Positions 10,993 through 22,515 of a stretch of DNA of 45,539 bases are shown one piece after another. The stretch spans positions 1-45,539 of the forward strand of contig JAUCBJ010008592.1 in the NCBI GenBank assembly GCA_032718475.1, in the 5' to 3' direction. The stretch's first letter is position 1; every line of letters starts with the position of its first letter. Made by a program: the position numbers and the translations under genes. The notes beneath the pieces are model-generated. The model was not told the origin of the DNA, did no database searches, and worked only from the letters and a program-made list of their open reading frames with translations. This DNA comes from Nemertoderma westbladi (Eukaryota > Animalia > Xenacoelomorpha).

Positions 10993-13900
10993 CTAGGCCC
11001 CACAGGCGCCAGTCTTCTCCTGACAGGCAGTCTGTATCCCAACCCCTAGGAGATGGAGGAGCCGGCATTGCTTTACCCCTCCCTGATAATGACCCACTTG
11101 GCCCAAACCCTATTGGAGGGAGGCCAAATGGCGAAATTCAGTCTGGGATTTCCAATGCAGACTCTTCCCACTGGGCTTATGTACCATCTAGGCCCAAAAA
11201 CCCCCTGGTGAACATGAGACAAGTTACCATGCTTGCCTCAATAAATCCCAGGACTCTCAACCCACCACTGCAACAAGGGGAACTTACTGCTCTTGCAGAT
11301 AAGCTGAACCTGACTGCAGTCGGTATTCAGGAACACCGCATGAGGTGCTCTGAAGAAGTAAGATACCAGGATATGGGTGGTGGTTGGCAGCTTGTTCATT
11401 CCTCAGCGGATGATCAGGGAAACGGGGGAGTGGGTCTGCTTTTAAATCCAACTGCTTTTGCAGCACTAGACAAGGTAGAATCCATTTCCCCCCGTATAAT
11501 TTGCTACCACTTCACTTGCGCTGGTAAGATGGCAAAAAAGTTCCCCAAGGTTGTGATTATGGTATGCTATTCTCCAACTAGTACTGCTGATATAGCTGAT
11601 GTAGACACATTCTATAACCAGCTGCAAGCAGCTACTGACTGTATAGACAAGCATGCCTTTCTCACTATCCTTGGCGACTTCAATGCCAGCTTACCAAGAT
11701 CCTCTTCTAACCCATGGGTTTATAGTGACACTGTAAACCGAAATTCAGGTCATTTGCAAGATTTTCTTCTGGCAAATGAGCTGTTTTCGGCCAATACAAA
11801 TTTCCAAAAACGACCTGGAAAGCTGTACACCCATGTGGGTCATAAGTCCCAGATAGACCACCTCATCTTCCGTAAGAAATACAGAGGATCAATAATTGAC
11901 TGCTCTTCTCTCACAGTGCGGACATTTCAGACTGACCATCGATTGGTTATGGGAAAGACCAAATTAAGCCTTCGTGCAAACAAGGGTCTTAAAAAGTCCA
12001 CCCCACATCATGACTGGTCTACCTTGGATAAAAACCCCATTATAAAGGATAACTTTACAATTGAGGTTACAAATCGATATTCCAGTCTCATAAATGAAGA
12101 AATGAACCACTGTGAGAAATATACCCAGTTTGCTGCAGCAGTAAAGTCAGCTGCAAAGAAAACTTCCTCTAAAGCCACGGAAGTTGAAGAAGATCCCCTG
12201 GGCAGACCAGCGCATTCTAGACCTGCGAGAGGCATTGAACAAAGCCCAAAGAGAGTATCGTAGCCGACGTTGACGTACAACTTCTGCAAAAAATGCAGTG
12301 AAAGCTTCAGTGAAATCTCTAAACAAGCAATACTCGATTAATAAAGCAAAGCTTATCAGCGAGCAGGTTGATACTATCAATGCTGCTGACGAAAGCAGGA
12401 AATCTGCTGAAGCCTGGCAAGCAATCAACCTGCTCTCTGGAAGAAAAAGCCGACCAACTGCCAAGATGAAGGCTGATTCTCCAGCCGACCGCTTGGCCGG
12501 CTGGAAGTCTCATTTCGAGAAATTGCTAAATAACGATCGAGAACTGACTGACGATTTCACTGTAAAGCCTGTGTCACACACAATACTCTCAGACATCCCA
12601 ATTGGTGACATAACATTCGAAGAGGTCTTAACTGCTTCGAATGACATTAAAACCAATAGGGCATCTGGTGTTGATGATGTGCCTCCCGAGGTCTTTAAGA
12701 TCAGAGAATGCCTTCAACTAGCCCACCCTATCCTAGCAGAAATGTACCGCACTAAAATTGCACCACAAGAACTGAAGACTAATCGGCTAACACCCGTTCC
12801 AAAGAAGGGCAACCTCTCCTATTTTGGTTCATATCGTGGAATTAGTCTAATCTCAATTGCAGCTAAATTATTCAACAGAATAATGCTGAATCGCATTAGG
12901 GATCCTGTAGAAAGACTCTTGCGTGGGAATCAAAATGGGTTTCGAAAAGGTAGAGGTACCTTTGAACCCATTCTGGCACTTAGAAGGATTATTGAAGAGG
13001 TTTCTACAAAGAAAGACAGACATTTGGCTGTCATATTTGTGGATTTCTTCAAGGCCTTCGATTCCGTGTCACGCCCACGCATGTTCCAAATTCTCCTGGC
13101 ATTTGGGATCCCCAATGAGATCATTAATGCAATCAGATCAGTATATGACGGTTCCACGACCTTTGTATCCACTACTGATGGAGACACAGACCCATTTGAG
13201 GTTCTCTGGGGTGTCCTTCAAGGAGACACATTAGCCCCGTTCCTCTTCATTATTGTGGTGGACTATGTGCTGCGGACATCACTCGATCTTCATGAAGCTG
13301 ATGGGGTGGAAATATATCCACCATCAGGTAGCCGTAGACGTGGTTCCCCAGCAGAACATCTAACCGACCTTGACTTTGCAGATGACCTTGGTTTACTGTC
13401 AGAGACATTAGAAGGAGCACAGAAGCTGCTATCTAGCTTAGAGGAGGCTGCATCTAGTGTTGGCCTCTTGGTGAATAGCACAAAGACCAAAATTCTGACA
13501 GTAAACATGGCTTCAGATCAGCAGAAAATTGATCGGGATAACATTCAATCGCTGGATGGACTGGTAAGTCATGTGAACGACTTCTGCTACAGTACCTTGG
13601 ATCATGGGTTCGGAGGTCTGCTGAATATCTCCGAATTCGCAAAGGGAAAGCCTGGTCCGCCATCCACAAGCTATCCAGGATCTGGAAGTGCTCTGACATC
13701 TCATGCTCTTTAAAGGTACGCCTTTTCCGTGCAGCAGTGGAGCCTGTGCTGCTCTATGGCAGCCCATGCTGGGCTCTAACTGCTGAAGACACCAGGTCCT
13801 TGGATGGCACATACACCAGGATGCTTCGCCGGGTGCACAACATAGCATATGATGCACACATAAGCAATGAGGTGTTATATAAATATGGTAACATCTCATT

Positions 13901-14159
13901 GCCAAGACCTGGCATCACCCTGCAGAAACGCCGTCTAATGCTTGCTGGGCACTGTTTCCGCCGGCAGGATCAACTTGTACACAACCTTGTGCTGTGGCAG
14001 CCTGCTGGCGAGAATAGACGTGGTGGACAGCCAATGACTTTCCTCAAACGCCTGCTCAAGGACACAGGACTTGAGAACAGGAATGAATTAGGAAATTTTA
14101 CGGCTGACCGCAAGATCTGGGGGCGCTGTGTTTCTGGGGCCGCCGGCACTGCACCCTAG
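10992..14159 (+). pseudogene. RTE ORF (APE + reverse transcriptase) broken into three ORF-track pieces
   Basis: EN motifs GIQEHR, GGVG, CYSPT, GDFNA, QIDH, TDH; RT motifs PKKG, YRGISL, QNGFR, FVDFFKAFDSV, GVLQGDTLAPFLF, DLDFADD. Lesions: frameshift near 12160, in-frame TGA near 12271, 5-bp insertion at 13588-13594. Frame is open without ATG from 10992 to 11207. Confidence 0.93.
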
Positions 14160-14182
14160 TGCAAGCCGATCATCATCATCAT
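10993..14182 (+). mobile_element. RTE-clade LINE, slightly 5'-truncated, inactivated, inserted in the 15-bp satellite
   Basis: Endonuclease, RT and C-terminal segments in order; very short 3' UTR ending in (CAT)n at ~14171-14182; same satellite on both flanks. Confidence 0.93.
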
Positions 14183-15548
14183 ACACTCAACTGGTATACA
14201 CTCAACCGGTGTACACTTAACCGGTATACTGTACACTCAACCGGTATACACTCAACTGGTATACACTCTACTGGTGTACACTTAACCGGTATACTGTACA
14301 CTCAACCGGTATACACTCAACTGGTATACACTCAACTGGTATACACTCAACTGGTATACACTCAACTGGTATACACTCAACCGGTGTACACTTAACCGGT
14401 ATACTGTACACTCAACCGGTATACACTCAACTGGTATACACTCCACTGGTATACTGTACACTCAACCGGTATACACTCAACTGGTATACACTCAACTGGT
14501 ATACACTCAATCGGTATACACTCAACTGGTATACACTCAACCGGTATACACTCAACTGGTATACACTCAACCGGTGTACACTTAACCGGTATACTGTACA
14601 CTCAACCGGTATACACTCAACTGGTATACACTCAACTGGTATACACTCAACTGGTATACACTCAATCGGTATACACTCAACTGGTATACACTCAACCGGT
14701 ATACACTCAACTGGTATACACTCAACCAGTGTACACTTAACCGGTATACTGTACACTCAACCGGTATACACTCAACTGGTATACACTCTACTGGTGTACA
14801 CTTAACCGGTATACACTCAACTGGTATACACTCAACTGGTATACACTCAACTGGTATAAACTCAACTGGTATCCACTCAACCGGTGCACACTTAACCGGT
14901 ATACACTCAACTGGTATACACTCAACTGGTATACACTCAATCAGTATACACTCAACTGGTATACACTCAACCGGTATACACTCAACTGGTATACACTCAA
15001 CCGGTGTACACTTAACCGGTATACTGTACACTCAACCGGTATACACTCAACTGGTATACACTCGACTGGTGTACACTTAACCGGTATACACTCAACTGGT
15101 ATACACTCAACTGGTATACACTCAACTGGTATACACTCAACCGGTGTACACTTTAACCGGTATACTGTACTCTCAACCGGTATACACTCAACTGGTATAC
15201 ACTCAACTGGTATACTGTACACTCAACCGGTATACACTCAACGGGTATACACTCAACTGGTATACACTCAATCGGTATACACTCTATACACTCAACCGGT
15301 GTACACTTAGCCGGTATACTGTACACTCAACCGGTATACACTCAACTGGTATACACTCAACCGGTATACACTCAACCGGTATACACTCAACTGGTATATA
15401 CTCAACTGGTATACACTCAACTGGTATACACTCAACTGGTATACACTCAACTGGTATACACTCAACTGGTATACACTCAACTGGTATACACTCAACTGGT
15501 ATACACTCAACTGGTAATACACTCAAGTGGTATACACTCAACTAGTAT
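14181..15548. repeat. 15-bp satellite, right arm (~90 units)
   Basis: Same unit and variant blocks as 9443-10992. Confidence 0.98.
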
Positions 15549-15559
15549 ACCATAATCTA

Positions 15560-15618
15560 ATATATACATATATACATATACATATATATATATTATATAC
15601 ATATACAATATATATATA
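15560..15618. repeat. (TA)n/(TACATA)n microsatellite
   Basis: Directly visible between the two satellites. Confidence 0.85.
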
Positions 15619-15619
15619 C

Positions 15620-16332
15620 CTTAATCTATACCATCATGTGAATATAGGTTAACAAATTTTGTGAATATAGGTCTACAAATTTTCATGAGTTAATCTATAA
15701 CATCATGTGAATATATAGGTCTAGAAATTTTCATGAGTTAATCTATACCATCATGTGAATATAGGTCGACAAATTTTCATGAGTTAATTTATACAATCAT
15801 GTGAATATAGGTCTATAAATTTTCATGAGTTAATCTATACCATCATGTGAATATAGGTCGACAAATTTTCATGAGTTAATTTATACCATCATGTGAATAT
15901 AGGTCTACAAATTTTCATGAGTTAATCTATACCATCATGTGAATATAGGTCGACAAATTTTCATGAGTTAATCTATACCATCATGTGAATATAGGTCTAC
16001 AAATATTCATGAGTTAATCTATACCATCATGTGAATATAGGTCGACAAATTTTCATGAGTTAATCTATACCATCATGTGAATATAGGTCGACAAATTTTC
16101 ATGAGTTAATCTATACCATCATGTGAATATAGGTCTACAAATTTTCATGAGTTAATCTATACCATCATGTGAATATAGGTCGACAAATTTTCATGAGTTA
16201 ATCTATACAATCATGTGAATATAGGTCTACAAATATTCATGAGTTAATCTATACAATCATGTGAATATAGGTCTACAAATATTCATGAGTTAATCTATAC
16301 CATCATGTGAATATAGGTCTACAAATTTTCAT
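15620..16332. repeat. 46-bp tandem array, ~15 copies
   Basis: Unit GAGTTAATCTATACCATCATGTGAATATAGGTC(T/G)ACAAATTTTCAT; unit starts at 15735, 15781, 15827. Confidence 0.97.
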
Positions 16333-18304
16333 AAAAATTTCATAAAATTGCTATTATTTTTTAAATAGTTTCATCAGTGTCTGCATTCGGCTGGGGAGGA
16401 GTAATACGCACTACCAGTTCCTCATTTGGGAAATTCGATACAATCCTAAGAGAACATAATATGAATCAGAGACAGCAAATTATTGGATTGACGACGAGGT
16501 CCTGTTATTTACATTCAAGTAAGCTGAATTATCTTCTACGACGTTGTGCAACACATCGAATTTTGAAAATTAAATCTACAGTGCAAGTTATAAATTGTTT
16601 ATGCCCTTCGCTTCATCATCATCATCATCCACATTTATCATGGTTAGTTCCCGTTATATCAGTGGGGAAAGCGGTAATATTTGAGGACGGATTCCGCGAA
16701 TGAGTTGGGTTGGCTAGCAATATGTATATACTGTATTACGATGACGAAGCTAAACCATGATCAAGTCGTTCGCCTAACCAAACAATGCTGGTGTTACGAC
16801 CAGATCTTGGATCAACCCTTGACCACCGCACCGCACCCGAGTAGACTCCAGAATGTCGTCCAGACCAACTACAAGTACGCGAACCACAAACAGTTCCATT
16901 ACAAGTAACAAACTAAAAAAAATACTAAATACTAATAATGCGAATGCATGTTGGGTGTTGAAACAACTGCGATAAATAATATAGGCCTACATACTTGTAT
17001 TTCCCCCTTAGGCTAACTCCCCACCGCTCCCCCCTCATTGTGCAATACCATGCAATGCGAATTCGATCCCTCCAGCCACTACTATACGGAATGCCGCACT
17101 CCACGCAGGTATCCCATATTAGTTTCTCAAGTTTACTGGTATTACCATACGGAGGGTCCTGAGGGTTGGCAGTTTTATGTCTGGGTTCAGATGAGGCTCC
17201 TAATATCTGGAGGGCACAATGTTTAACAATCTATCTCAGGGAGGGTAACCGAAGAGGGGTATATAAATTTGCTTCATGACATCTTGTCATACGGCTGTCA
17301 ATATAACATGTTCTGATTGCAACCTATAATACCCACGGACTCCAACCATTCATTAAGGCTTATTTTTTTCAATTATCTGCCTCCAGTTTTATCCGACGAT
17401 GTTATGCAGTAAAATAAATTGGAAATGAGCTGTTGCAACTGTAATTAAAGGTGTAATATTATGGGTTTGTTCAGAAGTGGAAATGCAGTAAAGATGGAAA
17501 TGCACCTCGCTGGTTTTACCTTCGAATAATTATTAATTCTTTATATTTATGGTGATAAAATGTAAATATAAAATACCTATTAACCTTCCCTATATTAATA
17601 GGTGGAACTTTACTTAATTAACTTAATCAGTGAAACACAAAGCAGCGCAGTCAATCTTAAGGCACCTCTCTCCAAATATTTAATTGAATTTCAAAATAAA
17701 ATGCATTTGCTGTAACAGAAATCGAAATTTGTTAAAACTTTTGTAAATATGATATAACGGGCACACAACCGGTGCATAAATTATTATTACTTTCAATTTC
17801 GTTCAGTTCAGTTAATTAAGTTTTCAAAGCGACCGCGACCGGGGGGGGGGGGGGGGGGTGTGAACTGAACATTGGTCTGCCTACTGATCCGTAACGGTGG
17901 GCGAGGTTGCCTTTAGGCAATTTACACTTCAGCGGGGAGCAAATTATGTTGTTGAATACAGTTTGTTATACTTTGTGCACACTGCAAATACAGTAAGCCT
18001 ACCCCAACAGTACACAATTCATCTGCTGATCAACTTTACCTGCAGTACAATATGTCATTGAATTTCGTACATATAAAGGCCATGATCACTTCGCATGTAA
18101 CGGAACAGTACACAGTATAGTATATTATACCGCACGGCCTGGGGTACACTATTGATTGAGTATCTACACGTTGCTTAAATACGATTGTCATAAATAAAGA
18201 TTCCTCTTTCAAATGACACAATATACTGAATTTCTTTCATATGACTTTCATATGCACCTGGTGAGGATGCTAAAAGTTGACTCCAGCAAATAAGTCATGT
18301 ATAT

Positions 18305-18550
18305 AATTGTGGGGCGAGCCACGAAAGTAAGCGAGCTTAGCTGCACATGTGTACCACTATCTCAATCCGTGTGTCTGTCGATCTGTAGATCCGTGTTTTT
18401 TTAAACGTTAATAAATTCATAGGTAATCAACGATGAAATCTATCCAAACTTGGTACACATGTTGTTTGGCAAAAGTTTATGAATTTTCCAAGTAGAATTT
18501 GCGTGTGGCCTTCGAGAAACTAAGATAAAATCAGTTAAGTACCGGTAGTC
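18305..18550. mobile_element. Possible DINE/Helentron-like non-autonomous repeat remnant
   Basis: Degenerate CCGT/CTGT microsatellite followed by CCAAACTTGGTACACATG; resemblance only, ends not defined. Confidence 0.3.
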
Positions 18551-19349
18551 AATTAAGATGATTACGGTAAAAAAAAACAGAATTTTTCTGCCTGACCTTT
18601 TATGGAAATTAATTATTTTCTAGTATAAGATTTAAATAATTATACTTAAAGATTATACAACTGTAATCCCCATACCCCATTCCATTATAGTTTTTAATTA
18701 GTTCAAGAGATTTGCTGTACATTGTACGAAATCCAGCTCCCTCATTCCATGGCGTGCTTGCTATTGTCTAGCTAGGAACCACTTCAACCAGTCCCTCCTC
18801 ACCACTATTCGAGCAAAGGATAATTACTAGGACAGGCAGTTGTAGTGTAAGGAGCCAGACTAATAAGCCAGCTTGCTTATTCTTTATATCGCAAAATGAT
18901 TGGCCGAGTATTTAATCGTGATTCTTTAGAATAATTATCTAAATACTGTAATTTCGTTGAGGCATTTCCATGGTAAATTAATATATATCAGTATCAACAC
19001 TATCGGCATAAGGTAAGTTTTAATATTTCTTACAAATTGGGTCGCCTCTATACCTAAAATATATTACTTTTAAAACACCAATTTTCTGTTACTACCTGCC
19101 TTTCATCAACCCTATGTGTGCCTTTGGATTGGGGTGGTGCAGATTAAAGAGGGGGTTGAAGGGGGGGGGGGGGGGGGGGTGGAATTGCCCGCCTATCTTT
19201 GATTTATTGGCGGTTTGGTTAAATTTCTTAAATACTGATTTTGTGATAGAATCGCTCAATTTTAATTTGTATCTCATAACTGAGCCTCGTGCTGCGCGAG
19301 GGCTCCACGAACGTGTTAATATTAGTGTTTATAAAGTTAGTGTTTGTCT

Positions 19350-19569
19350 GGCTGGGTGCAATCTTCGCGCGCGTCCAACTTTCGCCCGCGGGAAATCTTC
19401 GCCCCCGCCCAACCTTCGCCCGATTAGGGGAAAGGAGCAGGTTACAGACACGATAGGTTACAGACACGAATTTTTCTAACCAAAACAATAAGCGAGGTTG
19501 TTAACACTCATTTTGAGGGCGAAGATTGGTCCGGGCGAAGATTGCTCGCGGGCGAAGTTTGCTGCGCCC
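19350..19569. mobile_element. 220-bp MITE with inverted arrays of ~15-bp subterminal repeats (Mutator-like architecture)
   Basis: Left arm repeats (AAT)CTTCGCCC, right arm GGGCGAAG(ATT); GG...CC ends; 8-bp flanks GTTTGTCT (19342-19349) and GTTTGTCC (19570-19577). Confidence 0.7.
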
Positions 19570-21861
19570 GTTTGTCCATGTTGAAGTAACAGTTGGTGCC
19601 CATGCACAGATAGTAATTGCAGTAACGCAACATAAACAGTGGGTTTCTATGTATGTCCCTTACGATTAGATACTGTAGAAATGTGTTTCGCGATTAGAAA
19701 CATTTTATAACTGCAAATAATATCACCTCACAGATTTTTATGTTAACTTATCAGTAAGATACTCCTCATATTATATTTTGTTCAATTACAGTATCATAAA
19801 TTCTAGTCGGATTCGCACCCCTAGAAAAATATGTAGCAAAACAAATAAGCATGGAGGCCGACCCTGAGTCGGCCGACCAGCACGTGTACACATCCTAACT
19901 TATAGGAAAAACTGCGGAGTTCGTAATAGGAAAAACTGCGGAGTTTGTACTAGCACCCAAAAGGGATGAACCTCAGAAGCTGAAATTTTGCATGTGGACA
20001 GACATCCCCGCCCGTTAGAATCGGTGATCTTCGTTTTCTAAAAAATTCGACCTTTAAGGGTCAAAAGTCAAACTTCGTAAATTTTGGAAAAATCACGCTT
20101 TTTTTCATTCGTACTCAATTATCTCACAGAAAATCAAATACAAATCCTGAGATATAGTGTGGGTTTTTTCTAACTATATAAATGATGCACCTTCTATCAA
20201 AGTTTCAGATTTCAAAAATTGGCCATTTTGAAGTGAATCCTTTTTTCCCAGAAAATTTGTCAAAAAATCGCTATTTTTCAATATAGCGTAGCCCCTAGCT
20301 CCTAGTCTATTAGGCATATGGTATTGAAACTTATAACGCAAACGTCCAGATAGTGTGGGCATGTTCTCCGAAAATTTCAACCAAAAGGGATTTAGTGGTC
20401 GGCTATGGGCAAGTCGTAAACATTACGGCCCCACTTTCGGCCAATTTGATTTGATTTCGTAAGCGCTCTAGCTCTGTTACTACATCAAATCAATCGAGAG
20501 ATCAATGAGTAATCAATAGAGGGAAGGAAGGTGGCGCTAACTTCTCAATATTTCAGATCCGGACCTCCATCAATTTTAAGGGGGGGGGGGGGGGGGCAAA
20601 AAGGGGAAATCACAAAATCGTAAAGATACAACTTCGGGGAAATTTCATTTTCTCAAAATTGTAAGCTTAACTTTTATTTAAGCTTTAATATGTTTTAGTA
20701 CTACTCAATCGCTATCTACTGTACCGGTACTTTGAACATTATTCCTAAAAATCTATTTTTCTGGGAGTAAATTGATGATGGAAATTTTTGTCCGCCAAAA
20801 ATTCCGTATTTAAAAAAAACGTAAATTTTCGGAAGCCAATATCTCGAGATCCGTTTGTTTAAGGGTTCCAAAAAAATGAAACCTGTCTGATTTTTTGAGT
20901 TCTACAAATCTTCTATACATTGTTTTATAAAAAAAAATTAATCTTCAGGGGCCATAGGGGGGACAAACTTTTAAAAAAAAGGCCTTTTTTTACTAAGTTT
21001 TCCATAAATTGGCCAAAAGAGGTTTTTATCGAAAATGGTCCAATTACTTATTAAACCATTTATTCTTGCGCAACTATTCACCAAATTTCAGCGTATTTTA
21101 TTTTTGGCCAAAAATCACGGGATTCCCTTACGAGATTTGTCAATTTTTGGTGATATGCGCAAAAAAAACATTTTTGCCCGAAAACACTTTTTCTGGTAAA
21201 TATTGATGCGCTGATTCCAAATTTCGAAACTATTTTTGATTACAATCAATAGAAACAAAATTAGAGCATTTTCAATTGTGTAATAATTTCAAATATGACA
21301 AAAAATCTCAAAAAAATCTCAAAAAAAATTGCAAATCTTATTGTATCAACTTGTATTTGGTATTAGTAGATGCCTACACGTATTTTAAGATGTTTTAGGT
21401 ATATTATGATGGAATTGTACTTATACATAATGTCAGAAGCACTTACTGTAACACTCCTGCCATGTCATTTGGCATAACCTGCCTATTCCCTATATCTACG
21501 TTCCTCTTATATCCTCTCTCTCTCTCTCTTCTCTCTCCCTACTAGTTCGTTTTTATAAGATTTTGTAGTTGTAGTTCTAATTAATCCTAATTCTAGGAAT
21601 TTTCTGAAATGAAATGGAAAGGCAAGCGGAAATCTTTCGAAATGGATGAATGTTTTTTTAATTAATGAATGTTGAAGTTTAAGTAAAATTTGTAAATTCG
21701 ATAATTTTGTAGATTTATACGATATTATTAGTGAATACATAATTTGTAGGAAGAGGTTGATCACGATATTAGCAATTCGTTGAATATCCGGCCTATCTAT
21801 AAGTGAATATCACAAATAAATCAGCTGTCCAATTCCATACATACAGCGGTAATGCACATAT

Positions 21862-22312
21862 CGTGACCAAAGAGCCAGAACAACACACCAAAAAAATGTG
21901 GTTTCGAGAAAAATGCCAAAAACCTTCTCATTTCCCTCTATATGGATCCCGTCTCCTGATTTTTCGACAGAGGTCTGGGAAAATACGATGATGAATTTTA
22001 TAATAGTGGCTAGCATTCAAAATGAATGTAGATAATAAAAAAAACTGTTTTTTTCGTTATTTTCCAAAGAGGCAAAACAACACATACTGAAATTTAACAT
22101 TAACTCTAGTCTGTGTGTGTTGTTTTACCTCTAAAACGGTTTTCAACTTTTATGTTATGAGGGTTGTTCTGGTTTTCCATATCTCCTAAACGGACTGACA
22201 TACAAGTCTAGGATTTTAACATAAGATGTAGAACGCCATCTTGAGTATTTTTGGTAAAAAAATTTTTTTTTTGAAAAATTGTGGTATGTGTTGTTCTGGC
22301 TCTATGGTCACG
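21862..22312. mobile_element. 451-bp non-autonomous TIR element with ATAT target duplication (Sola1-like; a TA TSD reading is also possible)
   Basis: TIRs CGTGACCA(A/T)AGAGCCAGAACAACACA; ATAT on both sides; copy 2 has the empty site CAC-ATAT-AAG at ~25677-25686. Confidence 0.9.
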
Positions 22313-22515
22313 ATATAAGCTAATTCGATAATATTTAAATTTTGTAAACGGTAAAATTCATAATTTATTCCTTTATTTGTTTTAAAACGTATATATTATT
22401 ATTTATTAGTATAAACTATAAAGACAATAAACGTACCTATATAATATATAATAAAAGTATCTACTTTTTACTGCAAAATTTAAAATATAGTTAATCCAAG
22501 TGCCAAATACTACTA

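Noticed and set aside
11208-13713. Programmed frameshift or genuine two-ORF RTE
   Set aside because: RTE endonuclease and RT are normally one ORF; an in-frame TGA and a footprint insertion indicate decay.
9412-15545. Many ORFs with pentapeptide repeats (VECIP, LSVYQ, HSTGI, YTLNW)
   Set aside because: Automatic result of a 15-bp stop-poor satellite; frames switch at each 20-bp variant; no gene context.
15620-16332. CRISPR-like regular array
   Set aside because: Units are contiguous with no unique spacers, no cas genes, animal context.
19840-21350. Probable non-autonomous DNA transposon in the duplicated unit, including short ORFs at 20174 and 21009
   Set aside because: Repeat-like texture and a 19-bp direct repeat at 19903/19927, but no TIR pair or TSD could be defined; ORFs have no recognisable motifs.
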